Source: Nitrospirota bacterium
Lineage (GTDB): Bacteria; Nitrospirota; Nitrospiria; Nitrospirales; NS-4
DNA length: 64,000 nucleotides
Direction of reading: 5' to 3'
Assembly: GCA_963788195.1 (NCBI GenBank)
Contig: CAWBGA010000008.1
Coordinates: 49,864 to 113,863, forward strand
Positions 19,247-29,927 of this stretch are shown here, piece after piece. The first letter of the stretch is position 1; each line of letters starts with the position of its first letter. Below the pieces are notes generated by a model that was given only the letters and a program-made list of their open reading frames with translations, did not search any database and was not told where the DNA came from. A program made the translations under genes and the position numbers.

Positions 19247-20329
19247 CTAGAAGGGTTGCTTCGCTATGATCCCGCCTCCCAGTAGAATGTCATCCTGATA
19301 GAACACGGCAGACTGACCCGGGCTGACCGCGCGTTGGGGCGCGTCAAACTCTATATGAAGTCTACCGTTGGTGTCGGGAGCCACCGTCGCGGGGACCGCT
19401 GGACTTGCATATCGAATCTTCACTTGAGCGCACACCGGCCCCTCCAGCCTGTCGATCCCGACGAGATTGACATCCTCCACGACACACGACTTCTGAAGCA
19501 AATCCGCTTCGTTTCCTAACACAACGGAGTTGGTCGGCACGTCGATCCGAACCACATAAAGCCGCTCATCCGAGATGACGCCCAGGCCACGGCGCTGACC
19601 TGGAGTATAGAAGGCGGTGCCGCGGTGTGTCCCCAACCGGCGGCCGTCTGGACCGACAAAAGCTCCAGGCCGTTCTGCCTCAGGCGCCTGTTCGGTGAGA
19701 AATGAACGGTAATCCCCCTTGGTCACAAAGCAAATCTCCTGACTCTCCTTGATTTCGTCGGCTGGCAACCCAATGTCTTCGGCTCGATTCCAGACCTCCT
19801 CCTTGCGAATCCCGCCGACCGGAAAAAGAAGCCTTGGAAGCCACGCGCGGTTTAACCGGTACAGAAAGTAGCTCTGATCCTTCTTCGGATCCTCTCCTTT
19901 GAGCATTTGTAAGCGCCCTTCAGGATCTCGGAGGATTCGCACATAGTGTCCGGTTGCCACATAGTGGGCGTCCACTTGCGTAGCCAGTTGAATAAGCGAC
20001 GCGAGCTTCACGCGCTCATTGCAGCGCACACAAGGATTGGGCGTCTGTCCGGAGAGGTAGCTGTCAACAAAGTCGCGCACCACGTCGGAACGGAACTGCT
20101 CGCGAATATCGAGCACGCGATGGGGGATATTGAGTCGCTCCGCGACGTAACGGGCGATCCCTACCTTACAACATCCACGCTCCTGCCATTTCTTCGAAAC
20201 CTTCTCACCCTTTTCGGGTTCCCAAGTCTGGAGCGTCACACCCTGGACCTCGTACCCTTGCTCGACCAAAAGCGCGGCAGCCACAGAACTATCCACTCCG
20301 CCGGACATTCCTAGAATCACACGTTTCAT
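19247..20329 (-). CDS. mnmA: tRNA 2-thiouridine(34) synthase
   Basis: SGGVDS, PNPCVRCN, ATGHY, KDQSYFL, ESQEICF, PGQSAVFY. Confidence 0.97.
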   Translation of the reverse strand: MKRVILGMSGGVDSSVAAALLVEQGYEVQGVTLQTWEPEKGEKVSKKWQERGCCKVGIARYVAERLNIPHRVLDIREQFRSDVVRDFVDSYLSGQTPNPCVRCNERVKLASLIQLATQVDAHYVATGHYVRILRDPEGRLQMLKGEDPKKDQSYFLYRLNRAWLPRLLFPVGGIRKEEVWNRAEDIGLPADEIKESQEICFVTKGDYRSFLTEQAPEAERPGAFVGPDGRRLGTHRGTAFYTPGQRRGLGVISDERLYVVRIDVPTNSVVLGNEADLLQKSCVVEDVNLVGIDRLEGPVCAQVKIRYASPAVPATVAPDTNGRLHIEFDAPQRAVSPGQSAVFYQDDILLGGGIIAKQPF

Positions 20330-20333
20330 CGTA

Positions 20334-20783
20334 TTACTCTGAGTTCGCGGAACTTTGAATCCAAGGCCAGCCCGCTTCCTGGACCGGCTCTAAGCCGTCT
20401 TGGGGCGGGTGCTCGTTCGTCCGGCCTTTTGCTTCGCAATTCCCTTTAAGACGAACGCCTTCTTCGACGGCGAGTAGGGGAGTCTTAACAGTGCCCGCGA
20501 GAGCCGCAGTCGAGGTGAACTTTACTTTCTCCCGCGCCGTCACATTGCCATGGATTCTTCCACCGCTGACAATTGTTCCGGCGCTGACGTCTCCGTCTAT
20601 CACCGCGTGCTCGCCCACGATCAGCATTCCTTTGGTATGTATCGCGCCGGTCACGACTCCGTCGATCCGAACAGTCCCGTCAAAATTAAGGGTGCCGTTA
20701 AACTCGAACCCGCGAGCGAGAAACGTCAAGGATTCTTCGCTCGTGTGCGGCACGTCTTTCTTCTTGGTGGACAGTCCAAACAT
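20334..20783 (-). CDS. Bactofilin (polymer-forming cytoskeletal protein), copy 3
   Basis: FNGTLNFDGTVRIDG...GRIHGNV..G...GNC beta-helix pattern. Confidence 0.92.
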   Translation of the reverse strand: MFGLSTKKKDVPHTSEESLTFLARGFEFNGTLNFDGTVRIDGVVTGAIHTKGMLIVGEHAVIDGDVSAGTIVSGGRIHGNVTAREKVKFTSTAALAGTVKTPLLAVEEGVRLKGNCEAKGRTNEHPPQDGLEPVQEAGWPWIQSSANSE

Positions 20784-20867
20784 ATTGAGCTATTTCATCC
20801 TTGTAGCAGGCCCCGGACCCAAGTGTGATGGATTCCGCGAATACGTTTGCCGCGGAGGACAGAGATA

Positions 20868-21302
20868 TCAGCTCGCTCCGCGCGCGCGAGCCGATGGACC
20901 TGAAGCGCCACGCACATCTTCCAATGCGCGAATCTCGGCCCGTCCGTCGGCTTCACAGTTCCCGCTAAACGTGACCCCTTCCTGCAAGGAAAGCAGGGGC
21001 GTTTTGATGGTTCCGATGAGGGCTCCAGGAGCAAGGAGCTCTAACTTCTGCGACGCGATTACGTTTCCAGTGATTCTGCCGGCACTGGTCACGACGTCTG
21101 CGTGAATGTCGCCATCTATAATCGCATGTTCCCCGATAATCACACTACCTTTTGTATTAATTTCACCCTCTAAGCGTCCGTCGATCCGCACAGTACCCTC
21201 AAAGGTTAAGGTTCCCTTAAATCGAGCGCCTTTCCCCAGAAAAGTAAATCCCTGCTCACTATCCAACGTCTGCCATTTGTCGTTTGTGCTACGAGGCCAC
21301 AT
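20868..21302 (-). CDS. Bactofilin, copy 2
   Basis: FLGKG..FKGTLTFEGTVRIDGRLEGEI; GGAGG RBS before the ATG at 21302. Confidence 0.92.
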   Translation of the reverse strand: MWPRSTNDKWQTLDSEQGFTFLGKGARFKGTLTFEGTVRIDGRLEGEINTKGSVIIGEHAIIDGDIHADVVTSAGRITGNVIASQKLELLAPGALIGTIKTPLLSLQEGVTFSGNCEADGRAEIRALEDVRGASGPSARARGAS

Positions 21303-21334
21303 ACGTTCCTCCAAGCAAAGCTAGCTCGACCCGA

Positions 21335-21462
21335 AGGCCTGATGATTATTTAAGGCCGCCGGGGTAGTTTGTTTCCCTTTTCATCTTCATCACGCCTGCC
21401 AAGACGCGCTCTTTGTACCATTGCACCCCACCCAGCCCCGGAATTTGCCAAGACAGATTCTC
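21335..21462 (+). repeat. Composite repeat: AGGCCTGATGA module plus GCCAAGAC hairpins
   Basis: Matches the module order at 37150-37325; hairpin GAATTTG-CCAAGA-CAGATTC at 21441-21460. Confidence 0.8.
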
Positions 21463-21468
21463 TACCTG

Positions 21469-21975
21469 TCACCCGCCTTTCATCGTTGAACTTACGCGAA
21501 TCGGGGTGACAGAGCCCACGGCCGCGGAACGACTGTCTTGGGCGGACTCGGCCTTCGCCATCTCGAGGGTTCCATTGAACAGCACGCCCTCTTCCATGGA
21601 CAACAGCGGCGTTTTCACTGAGCCATTCACGACGGCAGGCGCCAGCAGGCGAACCCGACCGACCGAGACAATATCGCCCGTGATATGCCCGCGGCTGATG
21701 ACAGTGCCGGCCGTCACCTTCGCCGTGATGACCGCCTCCTGGCCCACCATGAGCACACCAGCTGTGTGGATCTCACCCTCGAGACGCCCGTCGATCCGCA
21801 CTGTGCCGTTATACGTGATCACGCCTTTGAACTCTACGCCCTTCCCGACAAAAGCGATCACTTCATCCCCTGTACCGAGATCACTGCCGTGTTCCGCCTG
21901 ATCCGGACCTCGATCGGATTCCAGGCTCGTTCGCGGGGTGGTCCTCTTCTCGGAGCCCTCGGGCTTTGAGAACAT
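21469..21975 (-). CDS. Bactofilin, copy 1
   Basis: FVGKGVEFKGVITYNGTVRIDGRLEGEI; AAGGAGG RBS. Confidence 0.92.
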   Translation of the reverse strand: MFSKPEGSEKRTTPRTSLESDRGPDQAEHGSDLGTGDEVIAFVGKGVEFKGVITYNGTVRIDGRLEGEIHTAGVLMVGQEAVITAKVTAGTVISRGHITGDIVSVGRVRLLAPAVVNGSVKTPLLSMEEGVLFNGTLEMAKAESAQDSRSAAVGSVTPIRVSSTMKGG

Positions 21976-21997
21976 AGTTTCCTCCTTACGTATAGGC

Positions 21998-22843
21998 TTA
22001 TCCTAAAATCAATTCGACCAGTCTATCTAATTCTGCTGAAGAATAGTACTCGATGAGGACTTTTCCCCCAACTTTTCCCTCGATGAGGCGCACCTTGGTA
22101 CCCAGGCTCCGTGTGAGTTGCTCTTCTAACGGGGTGGGAGCGTGATCACGACGCTTTGGCCTCGCGGCAGCCGCATAGCTGACGAGCCGTTCCAGATCTC
22201 GGACCGATAGGGACTCCTTGATGGCCTTGCGGCCTAATCTGATCTGCTCATCGTGACCGGCAAGTCCCAACAGGACCTTAGCATGCCCCAAGGAGAGTTG
22301 CTCCTGCTCGATCCAAGTCTGAACTTCGAGTGGAAGCGCTAGCAGGCGCACCGTATTGGCGATTGAAGAGCGTTGCACGCCAACTCGCGCAGACAGCTCC
22401 TCCTGAGTCAGACCAAATTCTTTCATCAGGCGTTGATAGGCGTTGGCGGCTTCGACGGGGTTGAGATCCTTCCGCTGAAGGTTTTCGATCAAGGCTATTT
22501 CCATGGATTGGGCATCGCTGGCCGCTCGCACAATAACCGAAATCTTTTCCAGCCCCGCGAGCTTGGCGGCCCGGAGTCGACGCTCGCCGGCAATCAACTG
22601 GAACTGGCCATCCCCTAACCTTCGCACCAGAATAGGCTGGATAACGCCCTGGGCCTTGAAAGAGTCGGCCAACTCTTGTAGGGCATGATCATCGAATACG
22701 CGGCGAGGCTGGTAGGGGTTCGCGGAGATCAAAGGGAGGGGCACGGAGATAATCTGTTCGCGCTCGTCCTGCACGATGGTCGCCGGTTCGCGGCCGGCGG
22801 GGATCAGCGTTTCAAGGCCTCTACCGAGCGCTTTCTTCAGCAT
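21998..22843 (-). CDS. parB: Chromosome partitioning CTPase ParB
   Basis: ALGRGL, NPYQPR, GVIQPI, IAGERRLRA, ENLQR, HTH region. Confidence 0.97.
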   Translation of the reverse strand: MLKKALGRGLETLIPAGREPATIVQDEREQIISVPLPLISANPYQPRRVFDDHALQELADSFKAQGVIQPILVRRLGDGQFQLIAGERRLRAAKLAGLEKISVIVRAASDAQSMEIALIENLQRKDLNPVEAANAYQRLMKEFGLTQEELSARVGVQRSSIANTVRLLALPLEVQTWIEQEQLSLGHAKVLLGLAGHDEQIRLGRKAIKESLSVRDLERLVSYAAAARPKRRDHAPTPLEEQLTRSLGTKVRLIEGKVGGKVLIEYYSSAELDRLVELILG

Positions 22844-23603
22844 GGCTGGGTTCCAACAACTCCTTCGTCAGACTAAGGTAGGCTTGGGCTCCTGTCGATG
22901 CCACGTCATACAAGAGGGCTGGGGTTCCATGGCTCGGCGCCTCGGCCAGAGTGATGTTTCGCGGTATGACGGTTTGAAATACCTTACCCGGTAAATACTT
23001 ACGTATTTCATCGGCGACCTGCCGGTTGAGATTATTGCGTCCGTCATACATGGTCAAGAGGACGCCTTCAATGTCCAGCCGCGGATTGAGAGATTGTCGG
23101 ACGAGATCTACGGTGCGCATCAACCGCCCCAGGCCTTCCATGGCAAAATATTCACACTGCACCGGAATCAGCAACGCATCTGCAGCAGTTAAGGCATTCA
23201 CCGTTAAAAGACCAAGCGCAGGCGGACAGTCCAAGAGAATGATTTCGTAATCGTCCCCAATCTCGCGAAGCGCCTCCTTGAGGATCCATTCCCGATTCGG
23301 AAGCGTTGTGAGCTCAATTTCCGCTCCCGCCAGATTAGGATCGGACGGAACCAGGTCAAAACGAGAAATTGTTGATTTTACAATAGCTTGTGATAATTTC
23401 CGACCTCCGATTAAAACATCGTAGGTGGAAAAGCTGGCGCTCTCAGGAGGAAGCCCACCACAGCTTGTGGCGTTGGCCTGCGGATCGAGGTCAATTAGCA
23501 GAACGGAGCGCTCCGCCACTGCGAGTGAAGCCCCGAGGTTCACTGCCGTTGTAGTTTTACCTACTCCACCCTTTTGGTTTGCAATTGCGAGGACTTTCGC
23601 CAC
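22821..23603 (-). CDS. parA: Chromosome partitioning ATPase ParA/Soj
   Basis: NQKGGVGKTT, DLDPQANAT, DCPP, LAEAPSHG. Confidence 0.97.
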   Translation of the reverse strand: MAKVLAIANQKGGVGKTTTAVNLGASLAVAERSVLLIDLDPQANATSCGGLPPESASFSTYDVLIGGRKLSQAIVKSTISRFDLVPSDPNLAGAEIELTTLPNREWILKEALREIGDDYEIILLDCPPALGLLTVNALTAADALLIPVQCEYFAMEGLGRLMRTVDLVRQSLNPRLDIEGVLLTMYDGRNNLNRQVADEIRKYLPGKVFQTVIPRNITLAEAPSHGTPALLYDVASTGAQAYLSLTKELLEPSHAEESAR

Positions 23604-23681
23604 ATACCCCCCAGGTTGAGTGGCATGCTATCACAGGAAAAATAACAACTCAACGTGTTCGTGACAATTATCGGCGCTCGA

Positions 23682-23697
23682 TGTTCCACGTGGAACA
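23682..23697. promoter_or_regulatory. parS centromere-like site
   Basis: Perfect palindrome TGTTCCACGTGGAACA matching the bacterial parS consensus, between rsmG and parA. Confidence 0.93.
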
Positions 23698-23717
23698 CAG
23701 GCAACTGTCGATGGATA

Positions 23718-24377
23718 TTAATGGGCTAGCTGCAAACTAATGAGGGTGCGAGGGCTCTGTAGAAACGGAAGGTCGAAGGTGAGCTGCCGCACAATCAAAA
23801 ATCCTGGCGGCGGAGCTTCCAATTCCTTGACACGATACAGAAGAACACTCCCGCCAGCAGAAAGCAACCGCGGTGCGGCAGCTAGGACGACCTCGGGTTT
23901 CAACGCGCGACACGTAATAAGATCGAAGGTTCCCTCTTTCAACTCTTCGATACGCTTCGTTTCAATTTTGATCCCGGGGACGCCCAGGAGCCCAGCTAAA
24001 TGATGAAGAAATGCCGCCTTCTTGCTCGATGGTTCAAGTAAGGTGACCATCAGGTCTGGCGCTTGCAGTTTCAACACCATTCCAGGGAATCCTGCGCCAC
24101 TTCCCACATCCAATATACGAAGTCCTGGACGTGGCTCAAACATCCGGAATGCCGCGATAGAGTCTAGGAAGTGTTTACTGATAATCTCTAATTCGGTCTC
24201 AATGGCCGTCAAATTCATCTTGGCGTTCCATCTCACCAGCTCCTGCAGGTACAATACCAATCGACAGGCGACATGGGGAGAGCACGGTATCCCCAGCCTT
24301 AGACAGCCTTCGAGGAGGAGGGCAGCTGGCGTAGTCGGTGGAGTCTGTGATCGGGAGGAGTGTTCCACGTGGAACAC
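23718..24377 (-). CDS. rsmG: 16S rRNA m7G527 methyltransferase
   Basis: WNAKMNLTAI, KHFLDS, DVGSGAGFPG, KKAAFL. Confidence 0.95.
   Translation of the reverse strand: MFHVEHSSRSQTPPTTPAALLLEGCLRLGIPCSPHVACRLVLYLQELVRWNAKMNLTAIETELEIISKHFLDSIAAFRMFEPRPGLRILDVGSGAGFPGMVLKLQAPDLMVTLLEPSSKKAAFLHHLAGLLGVPGIKIETKRIEELKEGTFDLITCRALKPEVVLAAAPRLLSAGGSVLLYRVKELEAPPPGFLIVRQLTFDLPFLQSPRTLISLQLAH
24361..24376. promoter_or_regulatory. parS site overlapping the first codons of the rsmG ORF
   Basis: Second identical TGTTCCACGTGGAACA. Confidence 0.93.
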
Positions 24378-26246
24378 TCAAACTCGCTTGAAACGTTCGA
24401 CGGCGACTTGCAAAACACCAATGGCTGCGGGGGTCATCCCCTCTAAGCGAGAGGCTTGGCCGAGTGAATGCGGTCTAAATCTCACAAGCTTTTCAAGGAC
24501 TTCCCGGGAAAACCCTTTAACCACAGTATAATTGAAATCATTTGGAATTTTGGCGTTTTCAAGCTTCCTGGCGCTGTTGATCTCGCGCGCCTGGCGCTCG
24601 ATATAGCCTTCATATTTAATTTGGACTTCCACCTGTTCATAGACGTCGCTGTTCTCTTCAGGATGGAGACCGGCAAGTTGCATTAATGGGCGGTACTCGA
24701 GCTCTGGACGGCGCAGGAGGGCCGCCAGCGTGAGATCCCCGGCGAGAGAAATTCCCAATTGCAGAGCCCTGGATTGTACTTCAGGCGTGATCTTCATTCG
24801 GGTTTCGGAAAGCCGCGCACGTTCATGGTCGATAGCGTCGCGCTTGTGACAGAAGCGTCGATAGATCTCCGGATTTACGAGGCCCAAACGGTATCCTATA
24901 TCGGTGAGCCGGAGATCAGCATTATCCTGTCGCAACAGCAGGCGATACTCTGCGCGTGAAGTAAACATGCGGTACGGTTCACGAGCATCCTTAGAGATTA
25001 AATCATCAATTAAAACGCCTATATACGCATCGTACCTGTTTAGAATGAGCGGTGCGTCGCCACGGACTTTTAAGACCGCATTGATGCCCGCCATTAGCCC
25101 CTGGGCCGCGGCCTCTTCATATCCGGATGTTCCATTGATCTGTCCGGCATGGTACAGCCCCTCCACCAATTTGGTTTCCAATGTCGGATTCAGTTGACAG
25201 GGTGGAAAGTAATCGTACTCTACTGCATATCCGGGCCGCAGCATCGTTGCATGCTCAAGCCCCGGGATTGTCTTGAGCAGGGCCGCCTGTACATCGACAG
25301 GAAGGCTGGTCGAGATCCCGTTCGGATAGTACTCGTTTGTGTCCAGACCCTCCGGCTCCAGAAAAATCTGATGTCTGGGCTTATCGGCAAATCGCACCAC
25401 TTTATCTTCAATCGAAGGACAATAGCGCGGCCCTGTGCCCTTGATAATGCCTGTGAACATCGGCGAGCGGTCCAGATTGTCGGTGATAATCCGGTGCGTG
25501 TCGGCATTCGTGTACGTCAAGTGACAGGCGACCTGCGGAAGGGGTATTTTTTCGGTGCGGCATGAAAAAGGTGGCGGCGGATCATCGCCCGGCTGCAAGG
25601 CCAATCCCGAAAAATCAATGCTGTCTCTGTCCAAGCGGGGAGGCGTGCCGGTTTTGAGCCGGCCGACCTCAAAACCTAGATCCCTCATGCAATCCGACAA
25701 GTTGTCTGCGGAGGCTTCGCCCGCACGTCCGGCCGGAAAATGGTTGGTGCCGATATGGATTAATCCACTAAGAAAAGTTCCTGAAGTAAGAATCACGGCT
25801 TTTCCGCCGATTCGTTCGCCGCTTCCGGTGATGACCGCGGTGACGCGCCCGCCGCTGGTCTCAAGACGATCCACGGTCCCGCGACGTATGGCCAGGCCGG
25901 CCTGTGCCCGTAGTGTGGCCTGCATCGCGCCTCGATATCGCTTTTTATCGCACTGGACCCGGAGCGACCGAACCGCCGGGCCGTTGCGCGTATTCAACAT
26001 GCGAAACTGAATGCCGGTTTGATCAGTGTTAAAACCCATCTCGCCGCCGAGCGCGTCGATTTCTTTCACCAGGTGTCCCTTGGCGATTCCCCCAATCGCC
26101 GGATTGCACGACATCTGGGCGATCTTGTCCTCTTCCATGGTGAGCAGCAGGGTACTGACGCCCATTCGCGCCGCCGCCAACGCGGCTTCGCAGCCCGCGT
26201 GGCCGCCGCCGACAACAATAATATCGTAGGCTTCGTACAATCCCAT
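24378..26246 (-). CDS. mnmG: tRNA uridine 5-carboxymethylaminomethyl modification enzyme
   Basis: [56 protein letters not shown]. Confidence 0.98.
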   Translation of the reverse strand: MGLYEAYDIIVVGGGHAGCEAALAAARMGVSTLLLTMEEDKIAQMSCNPAIGGIAKGHLVKEIDALGGEMGFNTDQTGIQFRMLNTRNGPAVRSLRVQCDKKRYRGAMQATLRAQAGLAIRRGTVDRLETSGGRVTAVITGSGERIGGKAVILTSGTFLSGLIHIGTNHFPAGRAGEASADNLSDCMRDLGFEVGRLKTGTPPRLDRDSIDFSGLALQPGDDPPPPFSCRTEKIPLPQVACHLTYTNADTHRIITDNLDRSPMFTGIIKGTGPRYCPSIEDKVVRFADKPRHQIFLEPEGLDTNEYYPNGISTSLPVDVQAALLKTIPGLEHATMLRPGYAVEYDYFPPCQLNPTLETKLVEGLYHAGQINGTSGYEEAAAQGLMAGINAVLKVRGDAPLILNRYDAYIGVLIDDLISKDAREPYRMFTSRAEYRLLLRQDNADLRLTDIGYRLGLVNPEIYRRFCHKRDAIDHERARLSETRMKITPEVQSRALQLGISLAGDLTLAALLRRPELEYRPLMQLAGLHPEENSDVYEQVEVQIKYEGYIERQAREINSARKLENAKIPNDFNYTVVKGFSREVLEKLVRFRPHSLGQASRLEGMTPAAIGVLQVAVERFKRV

Positions 26247-26248
26247 GG

Positions 26249-27625
26249 TTACTTGCCTATACAGAACTCCTGGAATATCCGGTCCAGTATTTCGTCGGTC
26301 CTGGTTTCGCCGATGATCTCCCCGATCGCATTGATCGCCGCCCGCAGGTCCAAGGCAATACACTCTGGAGGCATCCGACGGCCAACGGAGTCCAGCACAT
26401 GATCTAATGACTCTCGTGCCAGTACCAGGGCGGTTTGATGACGCAGATGCGTGATCATCACGCCTTCCGGCGCCTCGAGTCCGTGATTGAGGAGCGCCGA
26501 ACGGACTGCGTCACGAAGGTCTTCGAAGCCCGTTCCCGCCTGTACCGATGTGCGCACTACCGTGAAGCAACCGCCTATCTCGCTGAACTCGCATCTGGAT
26601 GGCAGATCCGATTTGTTCACCACCACGACCGACGGCTTTGCCTGTGCCTCTTCGAGCAATCGACGGTCTTCAGCAGCAAGAGGCATGCTTCCGTCCAAGA
26701 CAGCCAGAATCATGTCCGCTCGCTCCAGGGCCTCATGCGAACGCCGCACGCCTTCCTTTTCGACCACGTCGACGCCCTCTCGCAGGCCGGCCGTGTCCAG
26801 TAATCGCACCGGGATACCCCGGATATTTACAAATTCCTCCAACACATCCCGCGTAGTGCCTGGTAGATCAGCGACGATCGCGCGGTCGGCCCGGACCAGG
26901 GCGTTGAGCAGGCTAGACTTGCCCACATTGGGACGGCCCGCGAGCACTACCGTCGCGCCTTCGCGTACAATGCGGCCCTCGGCAGATGTGCCGATGAGGC
27001 GGCGAATCCGTTCTGACACCTTTTCCACTTCAGTGACAAGGGCCTCAGTCGAGATGAACGTGATCCCATCTTCAGTAAAATCGATCCCCGCCTCAACCTC
27101 CACAAGCAGCCGCAGGAGTCCCTCGCGAAGCTGTTCCACTTCTGCCGATAATTTTCCCCGAAGCTGCTCCAATGCCACTCGAATCCCCGTTTGCGAGCGC
27201 GCCTGTATCAGATCCATCACAGCTTCAGCCTGGGCGAGGTCCAGCCTGCCATTCAAGAATGCGCGTTTCGTAAACTCGCCCGGAGTTGCAAGACGCGCTC
27301 CGCTACGGATCAAGGCTTCCAAGCCGAAGCGTAAGACTAACGGACTCCCGTGACAATGAAACTCCACGACATCCTCACGGGTATACGTACGTGGAGCCTT
27401 CATCACGGCCACGAGCACTTCGTCCAATCGCTCTCCGGTGTCGGGATGCCAAAGCTCGCCCACATGTAACGTATGGCTCATAAAATCGGTGACCGTGCGG
27501 CCTGTGGAGCTGCGGAAGACTTTCGAGGCGATTTCTACAGCTTTTTCTCCTGATATCCGAATAATTCCGATTCCGCCTTCACCCGGAGGCGTGGCAATGG
27601 CGCAAATTGTGTCAGTTGCACCCAT
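26249..27625 (-). CDS. mnmE: tRNA modification GTPase
   Basis: [33 protein letters not shown]-terminal FCIGK. Confidence 0.98.
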   Translation of the reverse strand: MGATDTICAIATPPGEGGIGIIRISGEKAVEIASKVFRSSTGRTVTDFMSHTLHVGELWHPDTGERLDEVLVAVMKAPRTYTREDVVEFHCHGSPLVLRFGLEALIRSGARLATPGEFTKRAFLNGRLDLAQAEAVMDLIQARSQTGIRVALEQLRGKLSAEVEQLREGLLRLLVEVEAGIDFTEDGITFISTEALVTEVEKVSERIRRLIGTSAEGRIVREGATVVLAGRPNVGKSSLLNALVRADRAIVADLPGTTRDVLEEFVNIRGIPVRLLDTAGLREGVDVVEKEGVRRSHEALERADMILAVLDGSMPLAAEDRRLLEEAQAKPSVVVVNKSDLPSRCEFSEIGGCFTVVRTSVQAGTGFEDLRDAVRSALLNHGLEAPEGVMITHLRHQTALVLARESLDHVLDSVGRRMPPECIALDLRAAINAIGEIIGETRTDEILDRIFQEFCIGK

Positions 27626-27632
27626 GGCTCGC

Positions 27633-29327
27633 TCAAGAGGCTGCGGTTGGGGCCGGAACAGACACCTTCGGAAGAAGGTAACGGTCGGTGATCACCTGTT
27701 GCAGGATGGTCAGGACATTGTTCGTCAACCAGTATAGAACCAGCCCCGCTGGAAACGTGATGAACAGAAAGGTTAGGAAGACCGGTAAGATCAGCATGAT
27801 CTGGGCCTGTCTGGGATCCATGGTCGTTGGCTGAATCTTTTGCTGAATGAACATGGTGGCGCCCATTAGAATCGGCAAGACGTAGTAAGGATCTTGGACC
27901 GACAAGTCCTTGATCCATAAGACAAATGGCGCCTGCCGCAGCTCAATCGTCATATACAAGATATTGAACAGCGCCACGAACACCGGGATCTGAAAGAACA
28001 TCGGCAAACAACCCCCCACAGGGTTGACCTTCTTGTCCTTGTAGAGTTTGATAAGCTCCTTGTTTAGGCGTTCGCGATCATCGGCATATTTCTTCTGCAC
28101 TGCGAGCAGCTCCGGCTGCACGGCTGCCATTTGTTTCATGGACTTGTAGCTTTTGTAGGCTAGGGGCGCCAGCAGGAGCTTGATCCCGACAGTCACGAGG
28201 ATAATGGCCACGCCGTAGTTGTGAGTGATGTCATACAGATAGTGGATCGCATAAAACAGTGGTTTTGCGACGGCGCGGACGATCGACCAACTCCCGTAAA
28301 TGAACCAGCCGAAATCGATGGTATCTTCAAGACCGACTTCGAGACGCTTCAAGGTTTGATACTCTTTGGGCCCAATATACAGCCGGTACTGTGTGGCCAC
28401 GTTCTCCGATATGGCTGGAGTCTGCATCCCCACGGACACGAACTTGTCTCCGTCCTTGCGGACCACTACCTGATGCGCCAACGGATCGAGCGGTAGCGCA
28501 GCGGCGACGAAATATTTGTCCTGAAGAGCGGCCCACATGACTTGGCCGCTCCGGACTTCCTCTTTCTCGGGAGTCCCCTTATCGAGCTTCCCGTCGATGA
28601 AGGTGGCGGGGCCTATAAATCCGACGAAGCCCTCTTCCCATAGGTGGATGCCGAAGTTCGTCCCCAGGTTAAGAATGCTCGGCCCGGTGATTCCCTTGCT
28701 CTCCACGCGAAGGTCCACAAGGTAGGTCCCGTTGGCAAAAGTGAGCCGCTTGTCGACGCGCGCCCCCGTTTCCGGATCGGAGTATGAGAAGTCAATCTCG
28801 CCGATGGGCTGTGACTCGCTAAGCCTGAGGTTCGTCGTTGAGACGCGATACAGACCCTGAGCAATGCGCTGCTGAAGCTTGGGATCTGCGATTTGAAGCG
28901 TCAATGGAGGCACCGGCGTTGCACCTGTGGTATTGCTCGGCACCAATTGGATTTCCTTCTTTATTTTTTGGTCGTCGAGCGTGTGATAGCGCTTCAATTC
29001 CCAGCTTTTTACGACGCCCCCGCGGTTAGACAATATGACCCGAATAAGGTCGGTTTCGACCGTGACCTCCTGCTCCGTACCATCAGTCTTTGTCGGTAGG
29101 CTAGCCGTCTTCCCCGGGAGAGTCTTCGCGCTTTCCGTTGCGGCACTGCCGGGCGGCTGGGATGCTACGGGCGGTGAGGGGCGAGGCTCGGTGGTCGGAG
29201 GCCGAATGTCCTTCTGTGGCCGCACCGGCTGCGGCCGTTTGATCCATCCCATCTTGTCCATGACGTATGGATACAACACGATAAGCGCCATAGAGAGCAC
29301 GAGAAATAGGACTATTCGTCTTTCCAT
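27633..29327 (-). CDS. yidC: Membrane protein insertase
   Basis: DFGWF, NYGVAII, GGCLP...QIPVF, WIKDLS..DPYY, GLVLYW. Confidence 0.97.
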   Translation of the reverse strand: MERRIVLFLVLSMALIVLYPYVMDKMGWIKRPQPVRPQKDIRPPTTEPRPSPPVASQPPGSAATESAKTLPGKTASLPTKTDGTEQEVTVETDLIRVILSNRGGVVKSWELKRYHTLDDQKIKKEIQLVPSNTTGATPVPPLTLQIADPKLQQRIAQGLYRVSTTNLRLSESQPIGEIDFSYSDPETGARVDKRLTFANGTYLVDLRVESKGITGPSILNLGTNFGIHLWEEGFVGFIGPATFIDGKLDKGTPEKEEVRSGQVMWAALQDKYFVAAALPLDPLAHQVVVRKDGDKFVSVGMQTPAISENVATQYRLYIGPKEYQTLKRLEVGLEDTIDFGWFIYGSWSIVRAVAKPLFYAIHYLYDITHNYGVAIILVTVGIKLLLAPLAYKSYKSMKQMAAVQPELLAVQKKYADDRERLNKELIKLYKDKKVNPVGGCLPMFFQIPVFVALFNILYMTIELRQAPFVLWIKDLSVQDPYYVLPILMGATMFIQQKIQPTTMDPRQAQIMLILPVFLTFLFITFPAGLVLYWLTNNVLTILQQVITDRYLLPKVSVPAPTAAS

Positions 29328-29344
29328 GAATAAATGATTTCCTG

Positions 29345-29551
29345 CTACCGAACCGGATCAACGCCTCCGCGATGCAACGGGTGGCATTTCAACAGGCGCC
29401 AGATCGCTCGAGGGACACCCCGCAAAAGCCCGTACCGGGCAATCGCCTCATAGGCATAAGCGGAGCACGTCGGCACAAACCCGCATCGCGGAGGGGTAAG
29501 CGGCGATATCCATTGCCGGTATATACGGATGATGGCCAAAGCGATGCTCAT
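29345..29551 (-). CDS. yidD: Membrane protein insertion efficiency factor
   Basis: ISP...C.F.PTCS.Y, RLLKCHP..GG.DPV. Confidence 0.92.
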   Translation of the reverse strand: MSIALAIIRIYRQWISPLTPPRCGFVPTCSAYAYEAIARYGLLRGVPRAIWRLLKCHPLHRGGVDPVR

Positions 29552-29919
29552 CAGGAAACCCCGTTCCTTGGCAGAAGTCCCGCGCGCGTCAACGTTTCCA
29601 TCCAGACTTTTCGCAAGGTGGGAGCCGCCACGCCGACCGCCTCCCGTTTCGGCAGGACAAGCAGATCCCAGCCGCCGGCCATGCGGCCCACGCTCAACCG
29701 CGCAAGCTCACGGAAGCGGCGCTTACAGCGGTTGCGCTGCGTGGCACCGCCGAGCTTCTTCCCCACGACCGTTCCCACTCGCGCACGGTCGAGCGCCGTG
29801 ACTCGATAAAGAAGAGTAAAAAAACGGCTGGAGGCCCGTCTCCCTTCCTTGAAGACTAGCCGGATATCGGCGTTGTTGCGAAGAAGGTGCTGTGCGCGGG
29901 TGGAACGGTGTGCGACCAC
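29551..29919 (-). CDS. rnpA: Ribonuclease P protein component
   Basis: RVG.VVGKK.G.A..RNR.KRR.RE (RNR motif); located between rpmH and yidD. Confidence 0.92.
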   Translation of the reverse strand: MVAHRSTRAQHLLRNNADIRLVFKEGRRASSRFFTLLYRVTALDRARVGTVVGKKLGGATQRNRCKRRFRELARLSVGRMAGGWDLLVLPKREAVGVAAPTLRKVWMETLTRAGLLPRNGVS

Positions 29920-29927
29920 CGAACCGA

